In this document: positions 12,946 through 31,240 of the stretch, piece after piece
How the letters are laid out: every line of letters starts with the position of its first letter
How positions within the stretch are numbered: the stretch's first letter is position 1
Origin: the human T2T-CHM13v2.0 reference genome, Homo sapiens
Assembly: GCF_009914755.1 (NCBI RefSeq)
Contig: NC_060946.1
Strand: one strand, 5' to 3'
Length of the DNA stretch: 64,000 nt
The notes under the pieces: model-generated
What the model saw: only the letters and a program-made list of their open reading frames with translations
What the model was told of the DNA's origin: nothing
The model's database searches: none
Translations under genes and position numbers: made by a program

Positions 12946-13550
12946 GAGTTCTTGTCCAACCGGGGGCACCTCCAGGGCAGGCTCATTTCTTTCCACTGGC
13001 TAAATTAATTAAAAAAAAATTCCTCTGAAACGAATACTGAGTCACTTTAAACATTTCTCAGATGTAAATGGAAATCTAATAAAATCTGTGAAAGGTATTT
13101 TTAAAACAGCTTTATTGAGGTGTGATTTACATACCATAAAATCCACCCACTTCCAGCAATTTCAGTGATCCACCCACGACTCAATGATTTCAGCGCAACC
13201 ATCACCACCCTCCAATTTTAGAAATTTCCATCACCTCGAAGTCCCTTCGCAGCCATGAGCAGTCACTTCCTCTTCCCACCCCCAGCCCTAAGCAAACTCT
13301 AACCTGCTTTCCGCCTTGATAGATTTGCCTTTTTTGGAAATTCCGCATAAATAGAATCATACAACTGGTAGTCTTTGGTGTCTGGCTGCTCTCACTGAGC
13401 ATAATCCTTTGAGGTTGGTCCACACTGTAGCATCATGGGTGGGTAGTTCTTATAATTCTCTCCCATTGTACGGCAAAGCCATATTTTGTTTAGCCATTCA
13501 CCAGCTGATGGACGTTCGAGCCGTTTCCATATTTTGGCTGTTATTAATAA

Positions 13551-13792
<242 letters not shown>

Positions 13793-13921
13793 GTGAAGGT
13801 ACAATTCCTTGTGTGGACATATGTTGTCATTTCTCTCAGGTGGAGACATAGGAATGGCATTGTTAGGTCAGACGGTAAATATACATTTTACTTGTGAAGA
13901 AATTGGCTATACTTTTTTTAA

Positions 13922-14400
<479 letters not shown>

Positions 14401-14759
14401 GCTATACGTTTTTCATATGTCTGAAACGTATGAAGTTTCCAGTGTTCCCATGCCCTTGTCACCCCTTCTTCTTATCGCCCTTTTTTGTTACACACAAGTG
14501 TGTGAAGTGGTAACCCACTGGGCGTTTTCCCTGCCGCCCTTTGCAGAGCAGGGCTGACCCACAGGCACGTGCCAGAGCGGGCTCCCACGGGCTTTGATTT
14601 GAATTTTCCCAGTAGTTAATGATGTTGAGCATCTCGTCATGTGTTTAAAAGACAAAGCCATTTATGTACCTTCTTTGTTGAGATGTCTAATAAAATTTTT
14701 GCCTTCTTTTTTTACTTGGGTTGTCTTATTTTTTAAAATATATTTATTATTAATTGTAA

Positions 14760-15216
<457 letters not shown>

Positions 15217-15972
15217 ATTTTTGTTTTCTTAATGACGTTGTTTGAAGGACACCATTTTCAGTTTTGATCAAATCCAATTTATCTCTATTTTCCTTCATGA
15301 TCCTGCCTTTGGTCTTGCAGCTGAGAACACTTTGCTTCACTCAAGGTCAGTCACGAAGATTTCCCCTCATGCGTCCTTTTAACCATTTCATAGCTTTAGC
15401 TCTTTCATTTAGGTCTATCTATGGTTCATTTCAAGTTAATTTTTGTGTAAGGAGTGAGGTAGGGGTCTAAACTCATGTTTTTACATGTGGATATCTAACT
15501 GTCATAGAACCATTGTTGAAAAGAGAGTCCTTTCCCCAACTGAAAGCCTTGGCACCTTTGTCAAACATCAACTGACCCTAAATGTTTGGGTTTATTGCTG
15601 GATTCTCCATTGATCTATATCTTGATTCTCATGCCAGCACACACTCTACTACTGTAGTTTTATAGTAAGTTTTAAAATGGAAAGTGTGAATCTTCCAGTT
15701 TTGTTCCCTTTCAAAATTATTTTGGCTATTCTGGATCCTTTGTATTTCCATATAAATTTTATGATCAGATTGATAATTTCTGCAAAAAAAAAAAAAAAAA
15801 AAAAAGCAAACCCAAAAAGCCTGTTCACATTTCAATAGGGATTGCATTCAACCTACAAACCAATTTGGAGAGTATTGTCATCTTAACATTGAGTCTTATA
15901 ATCCACAAATACTGAATGTCCATCCATTCATTTAGATCTTCAATATCTCTTTGAAATGCTATACAGTTTTAA

Positions 15973-16344
<372 letters not shown>

Positions 16345-16469
16345 TGAATAAAAAGCCTAAAACTCCCAGGTTCACTCCTAATCTGCATGTGTGTGGATCT
16401 TCTAATTAGCATATCACATACTTGGAGAATTGATCTAACAGGCCGACCTCCACTGAGGTCTCAGAGTGA

Positions 16470-16483
16470 CCACTAGGTGGTGC
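16470..16483 (+). promoter_or_regulatory. Candidate CTCF site
   Basis: CCACTAGGTGGTGC, one mismatch to core consensus. Confidence 0.3.
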
Positions 16484-17253
16484 ACACGAAGGCTAGTCCT
16501 GAATAGAACAGTAAAGGCTGGAAAATGAACTGATACTGGAACCACATTGCACAAGAGACTAAAATAAGAATGACAAAAAATAAAGACCGGAGAGTCATAA
16601 TACACCACTCAACATTTCCACGATAGAAACAAAAATCAGTTGGCATATGAAGAAAGCAAAAATCTAAGCTCATGAATGGAAAAACAACGAACACCAATGA
16701 TACGGTGGCTTGCATGAATCATCTGACAAGGACTTTAAAACAGCTGTTGTAAAAATGCTCAAACCAGCAACTGCAAACAGTCTTGACACAAATATTAAAA
16801 TAGAAGGACTCAGAAAAGAAATAGAAGATGTAAAGAAGAACCAAAGGGAAATTTCAGAACTGAAAAATGTAACTGAAGAAAAAACTCACTGGATGGATTC
16901 AATAGCAGAATTGAAGTAACAGAGGAGTCAATGACCTCAAAGGTATGTTCACAGAAATTAAAATTAATCTGAGCAAGAGAGAGAAAAAAGAATTTTAAAA
17001 AAATGAACAGAGACTCTAGGACCTGTGGGATGATAACAGGGCTAATATTTGTGTCACTGGAGTCCTAGAAGGAGAGAGACCACGAGGCTGAAAGAATATT
17101 CAAGGAAGTAACAGCTGAAAAATTTGTCAAGTTTAGTAAAAGACCCAACAGATTCAAGAAGCAGAGCAAACTCCATCCTGGTTAAATGAAGAAATCCATT
17201 CCAAGACACTTCGAAGATTAAATTGCTGAAAACTACAGACAAAAAAATCTTAA

Positions 17254-17545
17254 GGCCAGGCGCAGTGGCTCACCCTGTAATCCCAGCACTTTGAGAGGCC
17301 AAGGTGGGCAGATCACTTGAGGTCAGGAGTTCGAGATCAGCCTGGCCAACATGGTGAAACCCCGTCTCTACTAAAAATACAAAAATGAGCCAGGTGTGGT
17401 GGCGTGCACCTGTAGTCCCAGCTACTCAGGAGGCTGGGGCACAAGAATTGCTTGAACCCGGAAGGCGGAGGTTGCAGTGAGATCATGCCACTGCACTCCA
17501 TCCTGGGTGATAGAGTAAAATTCTGCCTCAAAAATAAAAATAAAA
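17254..17545 (+). mobile_element. Alu
   Basis: ggccaggcgcagtggctca... with A tail. Confidence 0.9.
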
Positions 17546-17990
17546 ATCTTAAAAGCAGCCAGAGAAAATCGATGTATTATCTATCTACAGATGTATTATC
17601 TATAAAGAAAAATGATTTGAATGACTGGATTTCTCATCAGAACTCATAGGGGCTACAAAGAAAAGACACAGCATTTTTCAGACTTCTACGTCCAGCAAAT
17701 TTCCTCAGCCTGACAAAAGACATCAACAAATATCCTGCAGCTAACTGCATACTTTGTGGTGAAGGCCTAGATGCCTTCCCCCTGGTCCTAAGACCAGGGT
17801 CAAGGTAAGGATTTCCACCCTCACCCTCTTTATCAACACCATGCTGGAAGTTCCGGCTACTGCAAAAGGGAGAGACCAGAAATAAAAGGCATACCACCAG
17901 GAAAGGAAGAAATGAAAGTGCCCTGATTTGCAGACAAACATGATTATTTATGTAGAAAATCCCAGGGAACCTATTAGAAACCAAGAACAA

Positions 17991-18311
<321 letters not shown>

Positions 18312-18362
18312 CCCCACAAAGAACATAGAACCAATGAATGCGTTTAGCCAGGTTGCAGGTTA

Positions 18363-18689
<327 letters not shown>

Positions 18690-19035
18690 TCAGTTTTATT
18701 CCCATATACAAACAGTGAGCAATAGGAAGCCAAAAAATATTAAGGTTATAATTTACAATAGCTCCAAAACATGCCTGGATGTAAATCCAACACAACGTAC
18801 GAAACCTGTGCATTGGCAACTATAAAACGCTCTTGAAAATAATCAAAGGGAAAGACTTACTGGGTTTGTGGATTTGAAAGCTCAGCGTAGTAAAGAGGTC
18901 CTTTCTCCCCAAGTGATGTACAGATTTAACACAAAACCAGGCAAAATTCCAGCAGGATTTTTTTTCCTTTGGTAGATGTAGACTGATTTTAAACTTTATA
19001 TGGAAGGGTAATTAATTAGAATAACTAAAATTTGA

Positions 19036-19365
<330 letters not shown>

Positions 19366-19619
19366 TGACTATCCGAGTTTAACACTTACTATAGCGCCAC
19401 AGCAGTGATGACCACGTGGAATCGGCAAAGTGATAGGTGCACAGATCCACAGAAGGGAACAGATAGTTCGGATACACCCACAGAAACTCATCATCTCCTT
19501 TGATCTTTGGCAAAGGGGCCATCCAGTGCAGAAAGGAAAATTTTCTCAGCAAATGGTGCTGGAACCACTGGTCATCGGTATTCTGAGATGAACCGTTGTG
19601 GGTGTTCCTGGGAAGGCCT

Positions 19620-20755
19620 AGGGGAGCTGGGGACGGGGGCATTTCCAGATGAGCGAACCGGCACCTCCCACTGCTCCAGGGCGCGCAGAGCTGCCTGAGG
19701 CCCTGCCCGGGTGGGAGCCCGGCCCGCTGGGCAGCCTGCCCTCGGGTCCTCGTTCATGGATAAAAAGGCACAGGTCAGAGATGGAGAAGCTCGCCCTGGC
19801 CACCCAGGTGGTGAGGGTCACCCTGCGGCCACCCAGGTGGTGAGGGTCACCCTGAGGCCATCCAGGTGGCGAGGGTCACCCTGAGCCTGTGTCCACCCGG
19901 CTCCCTCCAGACTCCCGGGGTAGGGGAGCAGCGCTGCCACGCAGTGGAATCGCCAGCTTCGCAGGACGCAGGCGCCCGTGGGGTCCCTCCTGGGGTGAAG
20001 GGAGGGTCTCTCCAGGAGCGCCCCGTCGGGTTGGTTCAGCTGCGAGGGGAACACGCGTCCTGGGAACCTGAGGCTGAGTCAGGAGCTTGTCCTCAAAGAC
20101 ATCTCCCCCAGTAAAAGCTGAAGCGAGGGGGCGGGGAGACGGGAGACCTTGAGCCCTCGCGCCCTCGCGCCCTCGCTCCGGGTTCCTGCGCGTGGAGGGG
20201 GCAGGACGCCCCGCCCTTATTCCCGCCGCCAGGGGGCTCCACGGAGGCCGCCCCTCATCCACAGCAGCTGCGGGTCCTGCCCGGCCCTCCAGGGCCTGTA
20301 AGCCAAGCCCGAGCCTCGCCCCCGGGCCCGCCCCCTCCTCCCGCCCCCGCAGCTGCTCCCTCTCGCCTCCCCGGGAAGCGCGACGCCCCCGCCTTCCCTC
20401 AGGGCCCCGGGCGGGCGGACACCAGACCGAGAAATCCGGGCGGGAGGTCGGGGCGGCGTCTGCTCCGCCGGGGGCAGGTATCGGGGCGAGTCGGAGCCAC
20501 GAGGACTCTCCGCAAAACGCCCAGCGACGTCGGTCTTCGCCCAGAGGCAAGTGGCCGCCCCGCTCCCCAGCTCGAGGCGGTTCGTCCCCACGTGGCGTGG
20601 AGACGGCGCCGGACTCGCGTCCTCTGCAGGGCTCAGGACGGGGCCTCCTGCCTCGCGCCTGGAACGCCCTCCCCGCCCTCCCCGCAGCCCGTCCACACCG
20701 CCCGGGCGCCCCTTCTCGCCGGCTCCCACCCGCGGGGCCAGGGCCGCTCCCATGG
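19620..20755. promoter_or_regulatory. Orphan CpG island inside a repeat-dense block
   Basis: Dense CpG, several CCGCCC GC boxes, CACGTG at ~20589; flanked by AT-rich L1/Alu. Confidence 0.75.
19798..19885. repeat. ~29-bp tandem repeat x3
   Basis: ggccacccaggtggtgagggtcaccctg repeated. Confidence 0.85.
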
Positions 20756-20873
20756 AGAGACGGGGATTTCACCGTGTTGGCGAGGCTGGTCTCGAACTCC
20801 TGACCTTAAGTGATGTGCCCGCCTCGGCCTCCCAAAGTGCTGGGATTACAGGCGTGAGCCACCGTGCCCGGCC
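20755..20873 (-). mobile_element. Alu left-arm fragment
   Basis: ggtctcgaactcctgacc...gtgagccaccgtgcccggcc. Confidence 0.9.
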
Positions 20874-21255
20874 CCACATTAGTATTTTAATAATAGCCAT
20901 CCTAATGGATGTGAAGTGGAATCTTACTGTGGTTTTGATTTGCGGTTCCCTAATGACTAATGATGTTGAGAGCTCTTTCATGTGCTTATTGGCCATTTGC
21001 ATATTTTCTCCAGAGAAATGTCTGTTCAAGTCCAGTTTTTAGTTGGGTTGTGTGTCTTTCTGTTGTTGAGTTGTTGAAATTCTTTATATGTTCCAGATAC
21101 TAGACCCTTATCAGAGATATGATCTGCAAATATTTTCTCCCACTCAGTGGGTTGTCTTTTCACTCGCTTGATAGTGTCCTTTCATTCACAAAAGTTGTTA
21201 ATTTTCATGAAATCCAATTTATCTATTTTTTCTTTTGTTGCTTGTGCTTTCAGCG

Positions 21256-21562
21256 TTTTTTTTTTGTTTTGTTTTGTTTTTTTAGACAGAGTTTTGCTCT
21301 TGTTGCCCAGACTGGAGTGCAATGGCGCGATCTCGGCTCACCACAACCTTTGGCTCCCAGGTTCAAGCAATTCTTCTGCCTCAGTCTCCTGAGTAGCTGG
21401 GATTACAGGCATGTGCCACCATACCCGGCTAATTTTATTTTTAGTAGACACAGGGTTTCTCCATATTGGTCAGGCTGGTCTCGAACTCCCAGCCTCAGGT
21501 GATCCGCCTGCCTCAGCCTCCCAAAGTGCTGGGATTACAAGCGTGAGCCACCGCACCCAGCC
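21256..21562 (-). mobile_element. Alu
   Basis: Alu consensus. Confidence 0.9.
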
Positions 21563-21578
21563 TTCAGTGTCATGTTTA

Positions 21579-21980
<402 letters not shown>

Positions 21981-23869
21981 AAACGTTGCCAAATCCAGTA
22001 TTTTCTCCTGTCTTTTCTTCCAGAAGCTTTGTAGTTTTAGCTCCTAAGTTGAATCTTTAATCCATTTGGAGTTACTTTTTGAATATGGGGTAAGGTCAGG
22101 GTCCAAGGTCATTCTTTTGCATGTAGTTAACATTTTCTCAGCACCGTTTGTTGAAGACACTGTCCTTTCCCCCATTGAATGGCCTTTTCCCCCTGTTGGG
22201 AATCAGTTGATCATATGTGAGAGTTTAACTCTTAATTCTATTCCACGTCTATCCTTATGCCAATACTATACAATTTTGATTACTGTAGCTTTGTAGTAAG
22301 TTTTGAAATCAGGAAGTATGAATCCAACTTTGCTGTTTTTCAGAATTATTTTGGCCATTCAGGTCCCTTGAGATTCCAGGTGAATTTTAGGATAGAGTTT
22401 TCTATTTCTGCAAAAAACACCATTGGGATTTTGATAGGGATTACACCAAGCCTGTAGGCTACTTTGGGTAGTATTGCCACTTTAGCAGTATCAAGTCTTC
22501 CAATCCATGAACACAGATGTCTTTCCATTTATTTAGGTCTTGTTTAATTTCCTTCAGATGTATTTTTGCAGTGTGCAAGTTTTTTAGTGTACAAGCCTTC
22601 CATATTTTTGGTTAATTCTTAAGTATTTTGCCTTTTTGGTGCCATTGTAAATGGAATTGTTTTCTTAGTTTCTGTTTGGGATTGTTCCTTGAGAGTGTAT
22701 ACAGATGCAACTAATTTTTGTGTATTGGTTTTGTATGCCTTGCAACTTTGTCCAGTTTGTTAGCTCTAAAAGTGTTTTTCTTTGTGGATTCTTTAAGATT
22801 TTCTGCATATAAGATCATGTCACCTACAAATAGAGATAATTTTAATTCTTTTCTAATTTGAACGCTTGTTTGTTTATTTAATTGCTCTGGCTAAAATATT
22901 CAGTACTATGTTAGATAGAAGTGTTGAAAGTAGGGATCTTCGTCTTGTTCCTGATCTTAGGGGGAAAGTTTTCAGCCCTTCACCATTGAATATAATGTTT
23001 GCTGTGGCCTTTTCATATATGGGCTTTATCATGTTGAGAAAGTTCCCTTCTATTCCTAGTTTATTAAGCATTTATATAATGAAAGAGTGTTGGATTTTGT
23101 GAAGTGCTTTTTCTGCATTGAGGAAATTATGTGTTTTTTTCCTCTTCATTCTATAAATGTATTGAATCATAATGATTTCTGCATGTTCAACCATCCTTGC
23201 ATTCCTGGAATAAATCCCACTTGATCATGGCATATGATCTGTTTAATACACTGTTGAATTCAGTTTGCTAGTATTTTGTTGAGAATTTTTACATCTATGT
23301 TCATGAGAGACATTGGTCCGTAATTTTATTTCTTGTAGTGCCATTCTGGCTTTAATATCAGGGTAATGCCGGCCTTACAAAATGAGTTAGGAAGTGTTTC
23401 TTCCTCCTCAATTTTTTGGAATAGTTTGAGAATTCTACTTTAATTCTACTTTAAATGTTTGGTATAGTTCACCAGTGAAGCTCTCGGCTCCTGAGTTTTG
23501 CTTTGTTAGAAGGTTTTTGATTATTGATTCAATCTCTTTGTTATAGGTCTATTTAGATTTTGTGTTTCTTCTTGAGTCAGTTTTGGTAGTATGTTTTTGC
23601 ATTTAAGAATTTGTTCATTTCATTTAGGCTATCCAATTTGTTGGTTATAGCATTCTTTTATAATCCTTTTTATTTCTGTAAAATCAGTAGTAATGTTTCC
23701 AGTTCATTTGTGATCTTAGTAATTTTAGTCTTGTTTTATTCCTTGTCAATCTGGCTAAGAGTTTGTCAATTTTGTTGATATTTTCAATGTACTAATTTTG
23801 CTTTTGTTGATATTCTCTATTTTTATCTCTATGTCATTATATGTCATTAATCACACACACACACACATA

Positions 23870-23904
<35 letters not shown>

Positions 23905-23923
<19 letters not shown>

Positions 23924-24210
23924 GAGACAGGGTCTCGCTCTGTCATCCAGGCTGGAGTGTAATAGCATGATCATAGCTCACTGTAACTTCAAACTCCTGG
24001 GTTCAACCAATCCTTCTGCCGCAGCCTCCTGAATAGCTAGGACTACAGGCACGTGCCACCATGCCTAGCTAATTTTTTAATTCTAATTTTTTGTGGAAAC
24101 AATATCTTGCTATGCTGCTCAAGGTGTTCTCAAACTCCTGGCCTCAAGTGATCCTCCCACTTCAGCCTCTCAAAGTGCTGGGATTATGGCATGAGCCACC
24201 GCACTCAGCC
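23905..24210 (-). mobile_element. AluJ-like element next to a (CA)(TG)(TA) microsatellite
   Basis: Alu consensus; microsatellite 23852-23907. Confidence 0.85.
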
Positions 24211-24444
24211 CACACTAATCTTTATTATTCTCTTCTTCCTGCTAGAATTGGGTTATTTTAGTTCTCTCTTTTTTTTAGTTCCTTAATGTGGCCTGTATTG
24301 AAAGATGTAAAGAGATATACTTTTTGACATGTAAGAAAATCTTGATTAGATCACTGGCTGACTGCAGAGGTAATGAAATAAACTTCAAAGACTACTCATA
24401 AGAAGGGATACCGACTTTGCAAACATAGTTTGGAAAAGTTGCTA

Positions 24445-25079
<635 letters not shown>

Positions 25080-25130
25080 TCAACAGCAATTTTTGAGGAG
25101 GAAGAATCTGATTTTCAGAGTTAACCACAT

Positions 25131-25531
25131 TTATATAGCTTGGATATTTGTCCTCCAAATCTCATGTGGAAATTGGATCCCCATTGGAGGCGGAGCCTGG
25201 TGGGAGGTATTTGAGTCATTGGGGTGAACGCCTCGTGAATGGTTTGGTACTGTCCTCACGGTAGAGTGAGTTCTCCCTCTAGTAGCTCCTCTGAGATCTG
25301 CTTGTTAGAAAGACCCTGGCACCTCACTCCTCGTTTTTGTGTCTCTCTCACCATGTGATGTGCCACCTCCCCTTCACCTTCTGCCATGAGTAAAAGCAGC
25401 CTGAGGCTCTTGCCAGAAGCAGATGCTGGTGCCATGCTTCCCGTACAGCCTGCAGAACCAGGAGCAAGACAGAGTCTCTATAAATTACCCAGCCTGAGGT
25501 GCTCCTTTGGCAACACAAGTGGATGCAGACA
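25131..25531 (+). mobile_element. MaLR solo LTR (MST-like)
   Basis: tttgtcctccaaatctcatgtggaa...gccagaagcagatgctggtgccatgctt...tataaattacccagcc. Confidence 0.8.
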
Positions 25532-25723
25532 CACATTATAATACTTGAAATGTCCAGTTCCAATACAAAATTACACAGCATACAAAGAAACAGGAAAGTA
25601 TGACCCATTCACAGGAAAAAAAAAAAAAAGGTAATTTTATAGAAGTCACTTCTGAAGCTGTCCAGACATTGGAAGTACTAGACAAAAATGTTAAATCAAC
25701 TATCTTAAAAATATTCAATAAGC

Positions 25724-27310
<1,587 letters not shown>

Positions 27311-27322
27311 TCTCTTTCTCTT

Positions 27323-27388
<66 letters not shown>
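27311..27388. repeat. (TC)n(TG)n microsatellite
   Basis: Seen directly. Confidence 0.95.
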
Positions 27389-27389
<1 letters not shown>

Positions 27390-27551
27390 TTATATTCAAT
27401 AAGCTAAAGGGAAATATGGACATGAAGCTAAAGAAAAGCAGAAGAACAAGGTGTGAACTAAGAGGCAATGTCAATAAGATACATAAATTATAATAGGGAA
27501 CCAAATGGACAATATGGAGCTGAAAAGCAAAATAGCAGAAATGAAGAATTC

Positions 27552-28116
<565 letters not shown>

Positions 28117-28465
28117 CTACATATCCCAGAATCTCAACAAACTGCAAGCCAGATAAACTCAGAGATCCACAGTGACAAACACTGTTGTCAAACTGTCAAA
28201 AAAACAATGACAAAGCAGCAAGAGAGAAGCAACTGGTCTCGTACAAAGGAGCCTCAATAAGATTTTTAGCAGATTTCTCATCAGAAGCCTTGGAGACCAG
28301 AGGGCAGTCGTATAAGTAAAGGTAACTACACAGGAAAATAGAAAATCAAGGATTATGATAGTTTTGGTTTGTAACTCCTGTTTTTTTCTATGATTCAAAA
28401 GACCAACTCATAAAACAGTAATTATAAATCTATGTTAATGGACATACAATATATAAAGATGTATC

Positions 28466-28835
28466 TGTGACCCCCAAATACCTGAGACAAGTGTCCGTCA
28501 ATTCAGGAAGTTTATTTGGCCAAGGTTGAGGACACGAGCCCATGACACAGCCTCAGGAGGTCCTGACATGTGCCTGAGGTGGTCCGGGCACAGCTTGGTT
28601 TTATACATTATAAGGAGAAATGAGACATCAGTCAATATATGTAAGAAGTACATTGGTTCTGTCTGGAAAAGTGGGACAATTCAAATTGGAGAGGGGGCTT
28701 CTGGGTCACAGATAAGAGACAAACAGTTGCATTCTTTTGAGTTTCTGATTAGCCTTTCCAAAGGAAGAAATCAGATATGCATTTATCTCAGTGAGCAGAC
28801 GGATGACTTTGAGTTCTGTCTATCCTTTGTCCACA
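28466..28835 (-). mobile_element. ERV1 LTR fragment (MER4-like)
   Basis: ctgagacaagtgtccgtcaattcaggaagtttatttggccaagg...cagcctcaggaggtcctgac resembles the antisense MER4A end. Confidence 0.7.
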
Positions 28836-28904
28836 AAGAATTTTTCCACAAATTTGTGGACACAAATTTGTCCACAAGGAGCTGAGGCCAAAACGTTGGT
28901 CACT

Positions 28905-28910
28905 TTTATT
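28905..28910 (-). terminator. Candidate distal poly(A) signal AATAAA for IL17REL
   Basis: tttatt on + strand; TG/T-rich sequence downstream on the - strand. Confidence 0.35.
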
Positions 28911-29129
28911 CACACTTGCGTGCCAGGACACCCCGAAGGCCTCACCTTCTGCACTTCTCCCCACCTGCCTGCCCTCCACAAGCTGACTCTCGCTGCTCTT
29001 CCGTGAGGCAGTCAGGGACCCTGTTAGAGCCGGGCAATGCAAAGGCCCTGCCTCTGCAGTCTCTGTTCACACATCACCTTGTCTGAGCCTCCCAGGGACC
29101 ACCCTATTTTTGAAATTTTATATCTATTG

Positions 29130-29789
<660 letters not shown>

Positions 29790-30689
29790 TGACCCAAGAC
29801 CCTCCTTAGTGCCAGGCAGCCCCAGACTTGGTCCCCCAGCTGCAGGGCCCGGGATCTTTGCCAGTGTTGTTTGTTCCCGGTGCTGGGTCGGGGCCCAGGG
29901 CCCAAGGCCTGCTCAGCTGTGTGTCATGAGTGAATGAGGCAGGCGGGCGTCCAAGGCTCACCCGTGTTATACTGTGGCCCAGATGTGAGCAGGGCTGTGC
30001 ACCCCAGTACAGGTGCTCCTGCCCGCCCCTACCGCACCCCCCTTTCTGGGGCCCGGGGTCCTCAGCACTTTTCTCCTGGCAGGTGTGGGGGTGGGTTTCC
30101 GGCGGTGGTGGTGGAGGGAGGGCAGCGTCCCTGGCCAAGGAGGCGGTGGGTGCACTGGGCTGTGGGCGCTCCGTGTTGGGTGCTGGGGCGGCTGATCCGG
30201 CTCAGCACCAGCACTAAGAGCCACTGCCGCCTGGTGGCAGCACGCGTGTGTCCTCCAGCAGGTTCCTCCCTTGTCTGGGAGGGACAGTAGGACAGCTGAG
30301 ATCTGAACACAGCCTCTTAACAGTCCCCAAAGACTCAGTTTCCCCCATCTGCAGAAGAAAAGACTCAGTTTCCCCCATCTGTGGAAGGCTTGAGGGAGCC
30401 CACACCCGTCAGGCAGGAGCTCAGCTCTGTGACCCTGGTCTGGCCAATCCTCCCCAGCCCCACCTCCACGGTGGCCAGGATTCCCGGAGTAGCCCTGGGT
30501 CAGAGCAGGGGTCTTTGTGCACCACAGGGAGCACCCCTGGCTGGTCCAGGAGGCAGGAGCAGGAACCTGGGGCGGGGACTGCCCTGCTGAGCCGGGACAC
30601 TTGTTTTCTGGCTGGGGGCGGACGGGGTCTCCAGAGGAGACATGGAGAGAGCAGAGTGGCAGCTTGTGCTGTGCCCCCCACCCCCACTG

Positions 30690-30850
30690 TGCCCCTGACC
30701 TCCCCCAGGCTAGGGAGGGGCACCTGGGTGAGTGGCAGCCTGTATCCCCCCATTCCCCTGATCTCCAGGTTAGGGAAGGGCACCTGGGCGAGTGGCAGCC
30801 TGCATCCCCCCATGCCCCTGATCTCCAGGTTAGGGAGGGACACCCTGTCC
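30690..30850. repeat. 60-bp tandem repeat (~2.5 copies)
   Basis: ccagg(c/t)taggga(g/a)gggcacctggg(t/c)gagtggcagcctg repeats at a 60-nt period. Confidence 0.85.
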
Positions 30851-31234
30851 ATGCCCCCCACTGGCCTCCCTGCCCCTGGTGCTCAAACCCAGCTTCTAAA
30901 GCCCCTCACCTGGCCTGACCTCCGCATCCCCAGGGTGTCTCCACCACTGGTCCTTTATGGGGACACTTGGATGGGGATGTCTGGTCACACCATGTGACAC
31001 TGACCTTAGCTGACCTCAAATCCACTCCCAGAGACCCGGCACCTCCCCTGAGTCCCAAGGTGCTCCCTGCCCCCCACATGCCCATGGGGGTGCGGCCTCC
31101 CACGCCTTTGGGGTGCTCTTGGGTCCAGCCTGGTGGGGATGGCTCCACGACACCCGCACTCCAGACTTGTCCCTGGTGCCGTCACCATCCAGCCAGGCCC
31201 AAGCTCCATTTTAACAGCTACCCCTGGACCAATG

Positions 31235-31240
31235 TTTACT
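31235..31240 (-). terminator. Candidate proximal poly(A) signal AGTAAA for IL17REL
   Basis: tttact on + strand; would give a ~2.1-kb 3' UTR, consistent with my recollection of gene length. Confidence 0.4.
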
